Assembly (NCBI RefSeq): GCF_009914755.1
Contig: NC_060929.1
Strand: one strand, 5' to 3'
DNA from: the human T2T-CHM13v2.0 reference genome, Homo sapiens
DNA length: 64,000 bases
The translations under genes were made by a program, and so were the position numbers. Positions 13,773-31,016 of the stretch are shown here, in pieces (position 1 is the stretch's first letter; every line of letters begins with the position of its first letter). Below the pieces are notes generated by a model. That model searched no databases. It worked only from the letters and a program-made list of their open reading frames with translations, and was not told where the DNA came from.

Positions 13773-14930
13773 TAATACTCAGGTTTTAAATATTGTTTTG
13801 AGACTGCAATGAGGCATAATATGTACCTGGCACAGAGCAAATGTTATTTCCCATATTCCTTTCAAGTTTACTTAGGTTTGGCCTATACTCTTACCTCTTC
13901 TGTGTAAGAATTGCAGTGAACCTTCACATATTTTAATGTAGGGCTATTGCATATGGCCTTCCAGTTTGGCTGCATACACCAGCCATTCACAGAGACCAGG
14001 TGCAGTGTGAGTAGCTGCACCTGGGTTAGGGCAGGGTTTGACTACGTGCTGCCATCCTGAGTACAGAATTCAGCTGTGGTGAGATTGTATTTTGTCATGC
14101 TATTTGGGATGAAGGCATTCTGGATTGGAGAAAGTTAAATTATAGACTTGGAAAAAATGAAACTTCAAAAAATTTCAACTACAAAGTAGATTCCAAAATG
14201 TGGTTCCAAAGATACCCTACTTTAAAGATAACACTGGGTCTTTTCACTAATCCTGTGTATGCAAACATGGGCCCCAAAGTCCACGGGCAGTGAGGATACC
14301 TTGTCATCTGCATCAGGTGGTGGTTATGGACATCAGATGAGATGGTGTATGAGTGTGCTTAGAACTCTGTCAAAAGCTGTGTAGGTGCAAGTTACTTTGG
14401 AAAGGAAGATGCTGTCCCTCTTAGTATTTCTTAAGCAATTTATATTCTACTGTCAATTTTCTTCATCTACCTCTCAATTCTCAATTTCATATTATTAAAA
14501 GTATTCTAACCCATTGGGTTGAATTATTACATGGTCTTTTGTGTCAGAAAGGCTTGCATTCCAGGGCAAATTCTTTACCTTCTCTTCCTCACTGTTTCTC
14601 TTTAAAAGATAAGGAAAATCATTCCTATTTTCTGGGTCATAATGTATTAATGGGTTAAAAGATTAAATGAAATGATACAGGTAAGTGCTTAGCATAGAGT
14701 AGGCACTAAAAACATAGGAAATAATAATTCAAAGTTGGTAGATTTCCAATTAAAGAAATTTTTATTTTTGACAAAATATTAAAGCTATATTTAGACTTGC
14801 TGACTCTCCATGGCTGATATTTAAGGTTCTTTCCCAAAACTTGCGGTAAGTTTGGAAATACTCATTAATGTACAACTAGTACGTTTGGTGCACCTGTAAA
14901 TTGTGAGTTGTTATTTTCTCTCCTGATGCG

Positions 14931-15805
14931 TTTTAAAAATTGAGGTATAATTCACCTGCTCAAAATTCACTCCTTTACAAGTACACAATCTAGTAGTTTT
15001 TAGTATATTCACGAAGTTGTGTAGCCATCAGGTCCTGTCTAATTTCAGAACATCTTCATCACTTCAAAAATCCTGTACATGTTACTAGTCACTCCCCATT
15101 TACCCCTTCCGCCAGCCTCTGGCAAACACTAGTCTACTTTCTGTCTCTACAGATTTGTCTATTCTAGACATTTTATGTGAATAGTACAATATGTGGTCTT
15201 TTGCGGCTGGCTTTTGTCACCTAGCATACTGTTTTTAAGGTTCATCCTAGTTGTAATATGTATGGGTACACCATTCCTTTTTATGGATGATGAATATCCT
15301 ATTTTGTTTTCCTAATCATCAATTGATGGACATTTTGGGTTTTTCCACTTTTGGGGTCATAGAGTAGTAGCTTTACGTTTAATCACTTGAGAAACTGCCA
15401 GACTGTTTTCCAAAGCAGCTATACCATTTTGCATTCCCACCAGCAATGTATGAGGGTTCCAGTTTCTCCACATCCTCACCAATACCTGTTTGTTGCTTTT
15501 TTATTATAACTAGCCTAATATGTGTGAAGTGATGTGTCATTTTGGTTTTGATTTTCATTTCCCCAATAGCTAATGGAGTTGAGCATCTTTTCATGTTCTT
15601 ATTGGCCATTTGTATATCCTTTTGGAGAAACATCTGTTCAAATCCTTTGACCATTTTTGAATTGGTTATTTATTTATTTATATTGTTGAGTTATAAGATT
15701 TTTAAAAATATACTAGATACAAGTTCCTTATCAGATAAATTATTTACAAATATTTTCTCCCATTCTGTGCGTTTTCTTTTCACTTTCTTGATGATGTCCT
15801 TTGAT
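14931..15805 (-). mobile_element. L1MB-type 3' fragment
   Basis: aattgaggtataattcac 3' end; minus ORF 15379-15654 resembles L1 ORF2 C-terminus (DIQMANKNMKRCST). Confidence 0.8.
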
Positions 15806-16334
15806 TGATTGTGATGCATTGTTTTCCTCTGGAGAAAGTGGAATTTTGGAGACAGATTCTGCCATAGAAAGGACCTATGGTTATCTGCATTGAAGAACTT
15901 TCTTTAGTTCCATTCATTTCACCAAATTAATTGTGCTCCTGCTCAATGCAAAAATCAAATAAAGAAAGGAAGAAAGAAAGCCAACAAACTAAGTTGTATT
16001 TCATAGGGCATTCAGGGTGGAATAAGACCTAGTTCCTAGCTGAAGGTATCTAAAGATGCTAGCTAGTTATATTATTGAGTTTCAGATACGTTAGATTCTT
16101 GTATATTGGACTTGACATATATGTCCTCTTTAATATCTGGATAAAAGAAAATGGTTTAATATTTTAGAGTGAATGAAATGTTTAATGTTGACTTTTATAT
16201 TGGAATATTCTTGATATTCCTAAACATTTCTTTTTTATTTGCGTAACATATAGTGTTGAGTTACTAATTTAGTTTAATAGCGAAACTTGCTTTTTAAAGC
16301 TTGTTTAAGGCTTATGTGTGCTCACACATTTCAG

Positions 16335-16582
16335 AGCTAATGCAAACAGAGATGCATCACATCCAGACCCTGTTCATCATGTCTGAGATCTTCAGGAAAG
16401 GCATGAAAGAGGAGCTGCAGCTGGACCACAGCACCGTGGATAAAATTTTCCCCTGTTTAGATGAGTTGCTTGAAATCCACAGGCATTTCTTCTACAGTAT
16501 GAAGGAACGAAGGCAGGAATCCTGTGCTGGCAGCGACAGGAATTTTGTGATCGACCGAATTGGAGATATTTTGGTACAACAG
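16335..16582 (+). CDS. ARHGEF28: ARHGEF28 exon w8, DH domain (ELMQTEMHHIQTL...GDILVQQ)
   Basis: tttcag|AG acceptor, CAG|gtaaga donor; ELxxTE DH signature. Confidence 0.95.
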
Positions 16583-17059
16583 GTAAGAAGAGCTTAAAGT
16601 CCTTGACCTTTATGACGTAAGTGGGATTTGAATCAAAATCTGCCCTTTCATCAACAAGAGTAAAAAAAATGATATTTTGAAACATTCATAGTGACATTCT
16701 GAGGATGTGTTTACCATCGTTAGATTGTAACTCCCAGTAAGGCAGGGATTCTTGGCTATTTGATTACTGCTATATTTCAGCACCTGGAACAGTGCATGAT
16801 ATTATAAATATTTATTGAATGAATGGGCCACTTAAGGAAAAAAAAATCAGGAATTCACCTGAATGTCACGTTTTACAGTGGTCTGCAACACTTGGAAAGG
16901 CAGGGAGCTCCATCTGCAGTTGCTTTAGCATGGCTTTCCCTGGGTAGATGCTAGAATGCCATCTTCTCCAAATGTACTGTTTTTTGAAGCTGTTTCATCC
17001 TATCATTTACAGCGATGGAGTTCAGCTGTTGGTCTGTATGCAGAAAATGGGGGAGTTAT

Positions 17060-17718
17060 GCTGAGTGGTATTCCATGCTATTGATATATCACTGTTTACT
17101 CATTCACTTGTTGAAGGATATCTTCTTGTTTCCAGTTTTTAGCTCTTATAAATAAAGCTGCTATGAACACTCAGGTGCAGATTTTGGTGCAAACCTAAGC
17201 TTTCATTTTTCTGGGATAAATGCCCAGGAATGCAATTTCTGGGTTGTATGGGAGTTGTATGTTCAGTTTTGTAAGAAACTGCTAACTGTTTTCCAGAGTG
17301 GTTGTACCATTTTACATTCTCATCAACACTGTACAAGTAATCCAGTTTCTCTACATCCTCACCAGCATCTGATATTGACACTATTTTTAATTTTGGCTAT
17401 TTTAAGAGGTATAAAGTAATATCTCATTATGGTTCAAGTTGCACTTCCCTCATGGCTAATGATATTAAATATCTTTTCATGTGCTTATTTGCCATCTATA
17501 TATCCCTTTCAGTGAAATTTCTGTTTATGTCTTTTGCTGATTTTCTAATTGGATTGTTTGTTTTCTTATTGATGAATATTAAGGTTTGTTTACATATTCT
17601 AGACATTGGTTCTTGTCATATATGTGATTGACAAACTTTCTCTAAATCTGTAACTTGTCTTCTCATTTTCTAATTTTGATGAAGTCTAGTTTATTTTTCC
17701 TTTTAAGAATTGTGCTAT
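17060..17718 (-). mobile_element. Old L1M-type fragment (host of the L1PA insertion, left part)
   Basis: Degenerate L1 ORF2 C-terminal similarity (minus ORF 17139-17381 resembles GEDVEKLE...ENVKWY). Confidence 0.75.
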
Positions 17719-17972
17719 TAGTTTCAAGTTTTTTTATTTATTTTTATTTTTTTGTTATTATTATACTTTAAGTTTTAGGGTACATGTGCACAATGTGCAG
17801 GTTAGTTACATATGTATACATGTGCCAAGCTGGTGTGCTGCACCCTTTAACTCGTCATTTAGCATTAGGTATATCTCCTAATGCTATCCCTCCCCCCTCC
17901 CCCCCTCCCCCCACCCCACAACAGTCCCCAGAGTGTGATGATCCCCTTCCAGTGTCCATGTGTTCTTATTGT

Positions 17973-21802
<3,830 letters not shown>

Positions 21803-21865
21803 TATGATGTTAGCTGGTTATTTGCCTCGTTAGTTGATGCAGTCTCTTCCTAGTCTCGATGGTCT

Positions 21866-22882
21866 TTACATTTTGGCATGATTTTGCAGCGGCTGGTACC
21901 GGTTGTTCCTTTCCATGTTTAGTGCTTCCTTCAGGAGCTCTTTTAGGGCAGGCCTGGTGGTGACAAAATCTCTCAGCATTTGCTTGTCTGTAAAGTATTT
22001 TATTTCTCCTTCACTTATGAAGCTTAGTTTGGCTGGATATGAAATTCTAGGTTGAAAATTCTTTTCTTTAAGAATGTTGAATATTGGCCCCCAGTCTCTT
22101 CTGGCTTGTAGAGTTTCTGCCGAGAGATCCGCTGTTAGTCTGATGGGCTTCCCTTTGTGGGTAACCCGACCTTTCTCTCTGGCTGCCCTTAACATTTTTT
22201 CCTTCATTTCAACTTTGGTGAATCTGACAATTATGTGTCTTGGAGTTGGTCTTCTCGAGGAGTACCTTTGTGGCGTTCTCTGTATTTCCTGAATCTCAGT
22301 GTTGGCCTGCCTTGCTAGATTGGGGAAGTTCTCCTGGATAATATCCTGCAGAGTGTTTTCCAACTTGGTTCCATTCTCCCCGTCACTTTCAGGTACACCA
22401 AGCAGACGCAGATTTGGTCTTTTCACATAGTCCCATATTTCTTGGAGGCTTTGTTCGTTTCTTTTTATTCTTTTTTCTCTAAACTTCCCTTCTTGCTTCA
22501 TTTCATTCATTTCATCTTCCATCACTGATACCCTTCCTTCCAGCTGATCGCATCGGCTCCTGAGGCTTCTGCATTCTTCATGTAGTTCTCGAGCCTTGGC
22601 TTTCAGCTCCATCAGCTCCTTTAAACACTTCTCTGTATTGGTTATTCTAGTTATACATTCGTCTAAATTTTTTTCAAAGTTTTCAACTTCTTTGCCTTTG
22701 GTTTGAATTTCCTCCTGTGGCTCAGAGTAGTTTGATCATCTGGAGCCTTCTTCTCTCAACTCGTCAAAGTCATTCTCCGTCCAGCTTTGTTCCGTTGCTG
22801 GTGAGGAACTGCATTCCTTTGGAGGAGGAGAGGCGCTCTGCTTTTTAGAGTTTCCAGTTTTTCTGCTCTGTTTTTTCTCCAT
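21866..22882 (-). pseudogene. L1 ORF1p, disrupted by a nonsense codon at codon 49
   Basis: ATG at 22882 to stop at 21866 spans 339 codons (normal ORF1 length); in-frame TGA at 22738-22736 where consensus has Arg CGA (CpG decay). Confidence 0.9.
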
Positions 22883-23299
22883 CTTTGTGGTTTTATCTAC
22901 TTTTGGTCTTTGATGATGGTGATGTACAGATGGGTTTTTGGTGTGGACGTCCTTTCTGTTTGTTAGTTTTCCTTCTAACGGACAGGACCTTCAGCTGCAG
23001 GTCTGTTGGAGTTTGCTAGAGGTCCACTCCAGACCCTGTTTGCCTGGGTATCAGCAGCGGTGTCTGCAGAAATGTGGATTTTTGTGAACCGCGAATGCTG
23101 CTGTCTGATAGTTCCTCTGGAAGTTTTGTCTCAGAGGAGTACCTGGCCATGTGAGGTGTCAGTCTGCCCCTACTGGGGGGTGCCTCCCAGTTAGGCTGCT
23201 CGGGGGTCAGGGGTCAGGGACCCACTTGAGGAGGCAGTCTGCCCGTTCTCAGATCTCCAGCTGTGTGCTGGGAGAACCACTGCTGTCTTCAAAGCTGTC

Positions 23300-23906
23300 A
23301 GACAAGGACATTTAAGTCTGCAGAGTTACTGCTGTCTTTTTGTTTGTCTGTGCCCTGCCCCCAGCGGTGGAGCCTACAGAGGCAGGCAGGCCTCCTTGAG
23401 CTGTGGTGGGCTCTACCCACTTGGAGCTTCCCCGCTGCTTTGTTTACCTAAGCGAGCCTGGGCAATGGCGGGCGCCCCTCCCCCAGCCTCGCTGCAGACT
23501 TGCAGTTTGTTCTCAGACTGCTGTGCTAGCAATCAGCGAGACTCCGTGGGTGTAGGACCCTCCGAGCCAGGTGTGGGATATAATATCCTGGTGCGCCGTT
23601 TCCTAAGCCCGTCGGAAAAGCGCAGTATTCTGGTGGGAGTGACCCAATTTTCCAGGTGCCGTCTGTCACCCCTTTCCTTGACCAGGAAAGGGAACTCCCT
23701 GACCCCTTGCACTTCCCAAGTGAGGCAATGCCTCGCCCTGCTTCAGCTCACGCATGGTGTGCTGCACCCACTGTCCTGCGCCCACTGTCTGGCACTCCCT
23801 AGTGAGATGAACCCGGTACCTCAGATGGAAATGCAGAAATCACCCGTCTTCTGCGTTGCTCACGCTAGGAGCTGTAGACCGGAGCTGTTCCTATTCGGCC
23901 ATCTTG
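23300..23906. promoter_or_regulatory. L1 5'UTR bidirectional promoter region (sense promoter on minus strand; antisense promoter faces the downstream ARHGEF28 exons)
   Basis: CpG-rich L1 5'UTR; YY1 motif (GGCCATCTTG on + strand) at 23897-23906; activity not shown by sequence. Confidence 0.65.
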
Positions 23907-23919
23907 TAGTTTCAAGTTT

Positions 23920-24890
<971 letters not shown>

Positions 24891-25342
24891 GTTTAAGAAT
24901 TATCATTTGAGGCTTATTGGCCCCACACATTCATATAAGCAAAGATGAAAAGACCAGAGGTCGTGATGTAAATTTTAAGTACTTTTAAGAGGGTGGGTGT
25001 GTTCCGGTTTCCATTACAATGCTCTTCAAGGGGACGTGTGCATGTAAGGCCATCACAGTCTAAAAAAATGGCATTCAAGTCATTCAACTAGTTCTCTTCA
25101 CAGCACCTTATGATTCTAAGTTGATTTCTATGTGGATTTTCTACAGATGTTTTTCTACAGGTAAGGCTTATTGAAACATCCAGCCCACATCTCTACTTTT
25201 CTTCATTAGCTAATAAACAGGCATTCTGGTTATTCACTGGTGTCTTTCATCTTGGCTAATGATAGCCTGCCCTTGATCTATTTGTAATGTGTGAACAAAA
25301 AATCAAATTCCCTACTAAGGACTCAGTCTATGGACATGGTCA

Positions 25343-25429
25343 TTAGCCAGTGTAAATGCCAAATGGGTGATTTTTTTGGGGGGGAGGTTAGCCAAAGTAA
25401 ATGTCAAATGAGTGATTTTTTTTGGGGGG
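25343..25429 (+). repeat. Imperfect tandem duplication, period 45
   Basis: ttagcca..gtaaatg(c/t)caaatg(g/a)gtgattttttt..gggggg present twice (25343, 25388). Confidence 0.85.
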
Positions 25430-25808
25430 CCAGACCTTCCTGAAGGCCCCTAAATGTTGCCATATACTTTTCTTTCAATCTATAAAAGTATTAAAACTAT
25501 AAATTGAAATTATAAATTTGTATTATAACTAAGATGAGAATAAAATAGATCAAATGTTTTTCATTTGGCTATTTGATAATTATATTAGTTCAATATAATA
25601 TCACATTATGTTGACCCTTACCACTCAACAACTTTCTTTTATTTTAATTTAAAAAATGTCTGAGGAGATAAGTGATTGTGTTCAGAAATTCCATGATATT
25701 TATTTTTTATTTGCAAATACTATTTTGAAATAGATGAAAATTGCATATTTTTTGTGTGTTTAGAACTTACTAAATTTACAAACCATTATTTAAATGTTAT
25801 TCTTCCAG

Positions 25809-25931
25809 TTTTCAGAAGAAAATGCAAGTAAAATGAAGAAAATATATGGAGAATTCTGTTGCCATCATAAAGAAGCTGTTAACCTCTTTAAAGAACTCCA
25901 GCAGAATAAAAAGTTTCAGAATTTTATTAAG
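25809..25931 (+). CDS. ARHGEF28: ARHGEF28 exon w9, DH domain (FSEENASK...FQNFIK), followed by a GC donor
   Basis: cttccag|TTT acceptor; AAG|gcaagt donor gives a phase-0 join to LRNSN. Confidence 0.92.
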
Positions 25932-27103
25932 GCAAGTATTTTAAAACTTTATTACAAAGTGATAAATCAGCATGGAGAAATAGTTTATGCTTGTTTCTTA
26001 ATGATTTAAACAAATTTCTTAGCTAATGATGCTTTTCAGGGGAAGAAGAAGGGAGGTGGAATGTTTGTGACAAAGGTGGAAAGTCTCTTTTTCTGTATTA
26101 GTAAAATATTGCCCCCAAATCATTTCCTTTTGTATATTTGTGAGGTCATGTCTTCCAACCTTCTGAGAATATTTGTAACATACTGGGAAGCTGTTTCATG
26201 CCAAGTTATATATCAGAAAAATCAAAGTGAAAATAAACACAGAATCTACTCCACTTCTGAATTAGCTTGAAGCAGATTCATGACATCATATAATTTCATC
26301 TGTAATAGTTTTCTCCAGATGAAAAAGTTAAAAATTATGACATTATTATACAAATAAAGTAACAATAGTTTTTGATATCTTAAAATTTCACTGATTATCT
26401 CATAAAATTGGATTACTTAAATCAGAATCTGACCAAGGTTCACTTATTGTATGAGGTGGTTATATCTCTTAAATCTCTTTTCATTTGAATGTTATCCCAC
26501 CCCTTTTTTCTTCTTCTGATTTATTTGTTGAAGAAATTTGTCTTATAAAGTTTCCTGGATTCTAAATTTTTATCTGCCATGTTAAGAATGCTACCAGATT
26601 CTCTTCCCTTTTTTACCACATAAATGTGTGTTGAGGACTTGAATACTATGAGGAATACTTTGATATTTTTAGAAAAAAAGTTGTCCTGATTAGAGGGAAC
26701 TCTAAGAGTTATAATGAATAATAACAAATGTGGAGGAAGACCTGTTGGGAAAACAAATGGTAAACTGCAAACTGATGTTCAAAGTTGACTTTGATTTATG
26801 ATTATTTTTCAAAAATTTTGCTATTCATAAATCGAGGCACTTAGAAGTATTGGAACTTCTTTTGAAATTAACTACAAATACATCAGTAACTTGAAACTTC
26901 TTAAAATCATGGAGAGTTGGGGTACTGAAATTTATGACAAAGTATGCAATTTAAATTAGTGATAATGCATCGTTTTAATTGATAGCAATGAATGTTAAGT
27001 CTGCATAAAATTGTACTGTTGCAGATTCTTTGTATTGTTACATTCACACCTGAAAAGTAAATACAGGTAGAATTTGTGTACATAAAAGTATATATTTTTT
27101 AAG

Positions 27104-27221
27104 CTCCGAAATAGTAATCTTTTGGCTCGACGCCGAGGAATTCCAGAATGCATTCTGTTGGTCACTCAGCGTATTACAAAATACCCTGTCTTGGTGGAAA
27201 GGATATTGCAGTACACAAAGG
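27104..27221 (+). CDS. ARHGEF28: ARHGEF28 exon w10, DH domain ([39 protein letters not shown])
   Basis: ttttaag|CTC acceptor, AGG|gtaagt donor; QRITKYP DH motif. Confidence 0.95.
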
Positions 27222-28284
27222 GTAAGTTGTGACTTCTGGGATAAAAATTTGCCCCTCTTATTAGTTTTAAACACAGTTGAGGTGTTCTAAACAGCCATCA
27301 GTGTTTGTGGTCTCTGATTCATAAAGAGTTTCACGACGGAGAAACTGTTAAAGCCTTAGAATTTGGATTAGTTTTTAGAAATTATCTTTTATAATGCAGC
27401 ATGGGTAAATAGTCTGAATTTCTACAGGTAGCCCAAACCAAGCTGGCTTCTTCTTACTTTGAACCTGCCTTTCTTCTCTTTATTTTCCCCACCACTGGGC
27501 TTTCTTAATACCTCCTCTTCCTCATTTTCCTATTACCTTCACAACAGTCTGATGAAACATGCTATTGATCCTATCACAAAATGTCAACTCTCCCAAGCAA
27601 TCTGTTATTAAGTTGAGAGGGATTATAAGAAGGATCTATTTTTGACCCTGTCAATTCATCAAGTTCCAGGGAGTAACATATGGGCATCTTTTAAGAAGCT
27701 ATGAATGCACATGGCTGGTCTGTAAGCTCCTTGTGGGATCTATAAGACCTGTGTCTGTCTGGTTTACAGCTGAATCTTCAATGTCTAGTGCAATGGCTGG
27801 TACAGAATAGATGATCAATAAATAAAAACATATCAATGCAATGAATGAATAAATAAAATGGTCTAATCCTCAAGCTAACATATTGATCTTGAGTAAAGAT
27901 TATTATTAGGGTGGTAGTGTGTTATGTTAAAAAGGGCTTGGGTTTGGAATTTTGTACACTTGTGTTGCATTGTATATACTCAGCTCTGCCACTCATTCAT
28001 TGGGCAAATTATTAACTGAGCCTCAGTTATCTCCACTACGAAATGACATGAAACATTACCTTTCAGTTCCAGTTGCCTTAATAAACATCAACTAGGTGGT
28101 CTTTATCACCAAATATCAATGCTGCTCCAGAAACTCCTTCAGAGTATTTTCATAAGATAATCTAGAGACAAGAGCAGGTAGCCAGTATTTTAAAGAATAA
28201 CAACTGAAATCAATAATTATTTGCTCTTGGTATGAGCATGGCTGATTTGTCCGTTAGCACAGCACTTGGGTACCATGAAAATAT

Positions 28285-28339
28285 TTTCTTTTCCCATCAG
28301 AAGAAGAAAATTCATTTTTTCTTCTGATGGTAAAAGAAA
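28285..28339. repeat. Inverted repeat, 25-bp stem with 5-nt loop
   Basis: tttcttttcccatcagaagaagaaa / ttttttcttctgatggtaaaagaaa pair with one mismatch and one G-T. Confidence 0.9.
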
Positions 28340-28811
28340 TTAAAATATTTAATTTTAAATAAAATGGTCAAAGAAAATTGTTTAATTATAATAGTAATAT
28401 ATTCATATTTATGCTAATGCAGTTATAAAATATAATTTTGAATGTTAATTTTATGGAGGAAGGGATCAAGGAATATAAATGAATCTGAGGCTCATTCACA
28501 TAACCCTGTGGCTCTGTTTCTGAAAGCATTGCTGGCTTTGCCCCACAGCTGGCTTAAGTTTTAAGAAACTTGGCATGGAGATTATTGATTACCTATGTCT
28601 AAGAAGGTGGAAGGAAGGCCTAAGTTAGTATATAACACATTTCCTGCCCTAGGGAGAAGGTCAGACCCATCCCTAGAACTCAGACATCTTACTGTCAGCG
28701 GAAGGACTATGTGTCAGCTGAAGCACATTTAATCATGCAAACCTTTCATAATAAAATATTTTAACATTTTTTTGGTGGGGGGGTGGTACAGAGTGGTATT
28801 ATAGGATTTAA

Positions 28812-29030
28812 TTTTTTTTTTTTTTTTCTTCGAGACAGAGTCTCACTCTGTCTCGTAGGCTGGAGTGGAGTGGTACAGTCTTGGTTCCCTGCAACCTCTA
28901 CCTCCCAGGCTCAAACTCTCCTCCCACCTAAGCCTCTTGAGTAGCTGGGACAAAAGGCACATGCCACTATGCCTGGCTAATTTTTGTATCTTTTTTGGTA
29001 GAAACAGGGTTTTGCCATGTTGCCCAGGCT
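28812..29030 (-). mobile_element. 5'-truncated AluJ-type
   Basis: polyT then Alu right arm and part of left arm; TSD tagga(a)tttaa. Confidence 0.85.
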
Positions 29031-29186
29031 AGGAATTTAAGTTTAATCCAACATTTTTCTTATGGGATTTTTATTGTTTAGATGATACATTTAACTATAT
29101 TTTAAAACTAAAGAAGAAGTTTTCTTCCTTAGTACTCTGGTTTATTGTATAGTATTTTTGTTTGTTTGTTTCTTTTTCCCACGCAG

Positions 29187-29441
29187 AAAGAACTGAGGAA
29201 CATAAAGACTTACGCAAAGCGCTTTGCTTAATTAAAGACATGATTGCAACAGTGGATTTAAAAGTCAATGAATATGAGAAAAACCAAAAATGGCTTGAGA
29301 TCCTAAATAAGATTGAAAACAAAACATACACGAAGCTCAAAAATGGACATGTGTTTAGGAAGCAGGCACTGATGAGTGAAGAAAGGACTCTGTTATATGA
29401 TGGCCTTGTTTACTGGAAAACTGCTACAGGTCGTTTCAAAG
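29187..29441 (+). CDS. ARHGEF28: ARHGEF28 exon w11, DH end and PH start (ERTEEHKDL...TATGRFK)
   Basis: cacgcag|AA acceptor, AAG|gtactg donor, phase 1 to 1. Confidence 0.94.
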
Positions 29442-30027
29442 GTACTGTGGCTCTACCAGACCAATTTCTCCCTTCATACACATTATTCATTTAACAGAGG
29501 ACAGATTTTCAAAAGAAAAACAGTTCAGAATTGCAGGCACACATGCGCAAACCCTGGGTCAGTTGAAAGATTGATTTGTGAATTTCAATAGGCAAATTTG
29601 GCCAATGATACAAATCTTTGGTGGGAGTTTGCTGCCCAAGCTAAAACCTTTATACATGTTTTATGAATTTGCAAGTTTGTGATGTCTGAAATCAAATGAA
29701 CTGAGAGTTCTGCTAATTGTTGACACAGAAAAATTATTCTGGTAACTGTGGTGTGTTGAAAGCAAGGCAGTACACCTACACACCTAGGGTCTGTTGCATG
29801 TCAACACAGCCTAGGGCTGTCAGACAATGGAGGGGAGAAATAAAAAGAACTCTGAATGTCATCTTTGTTACTGACTAATAGAATATATCCACACACCTGC
29901 TGACGTGGTTTAAGCTTTTCCTCAGTGCTACTGTTTGCTAACTGGCATGAACTTGACTCTGTTCAGGAGTCTAAAGCAGATAATTCCATTTTTTAAGGAC
30001 TCATTATGTAGCTATCACACTGCCTAA

Positions 30028-30210
30028 TCCAGGCTTTCTCACCCTGGCCACACACTAGAATCACCTCTGGAGCTGGAAAACATTACGAATGCTCATGTCT
30101 CCTCCCAGAGATTCTGATTTTTATCACTGTGAGGATGAAACCAAAGCCCATGGGATGTTTAAAGGCTCCCCAAGTGAGACTACTCTGCAGCCAGGGCTAA
30201 GAACCACTGT
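30028..30210. mobile_element. MER5-type (hAT-Charlie)
   Basis: ttctcaccctggccacacactagaatcacc...gctaagaaccactg. Confidence 0.7.
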
Positions 30211-30939
30211 TTCTAACAGTTCATCTTAATAACATCCATAGGTAGGCAGTGAGAGGAAGAGGTTGTTAAATTCTAGCTACTCAAAAATTATTACCCATTG
30301 GAGGATGATCAAGTTTGGATGGAGGTTGCAACTAATATCTGAAATGGGATTTGTTGATCAACAACTAGCAATGTTGTATTGAAAAAAATATTAACCACAA
30401 CCTGTAGATTCTATTGCTCGAAGTCATTTGCTGTTTATCCATTTAATAGAATCAGTTTGGTAACTTTGTGTTAGACTATTCAGTGGGTGCAATGAAGATG
30501 AGTTCTTGTGAACAATGTGTAAGGGAAGTATGGAATCTTAAACCTTGCTCAGATCTAGATGAAACAAAATAGCAGGCCTATATAATTTGAGGTAGAAGCT
30601 GCCCTTTTACATTTTTAATTCAGCACTTTTCCTGCCGAAGGTAAGAGTTTGCTCCATTTTATTAAAGCTTCCTTTTTTAATGGATATTTTTCTTCTGTTT
30701 TGAAAGTGACTACATTAAACTTTGCTGGAGATTTACCTATACCTACAGCCACACACAAACATGCACACTTAAAGACAGCTTTCTATTAAGTTATTAATAG
30801 CATATATCTTTGGCTATCATAATACAGGTATTTTTATAAAACTTTCATACTTAGACTAAATCTTAGTCTTTTGATTTTTATTCAGTTTATTTGAACTGTG
30901 GTTTGCTTCATTAATACTAGTAATGTTTTTTCTTTAAAG

Positions 30940-31016
30940 ATATCCTAGCTCTACTTCTAACTGATGTGCTGCTCTTTTTACAAGAAAAAGACCAGAAATA
31001 CATCTTTGCAGCCGTT
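30940..31016 (+). CDS. ARHGEF28: ARHGEF28 exon w12, PH domain ([26 protein letters not shown])
   Basis: tttaaag|AT acceptor, GTT|gtaagt donor; [16 protein letters not shown] is typical of the Lbc-family PH domain. Confidence 0.94.

Noticed and set aside
17885-17930. Long C-run tract (G-quadruplex on the minus strand)
   Set aside because: Normal L1 3'UTR polypurine tract with a slight expansion.
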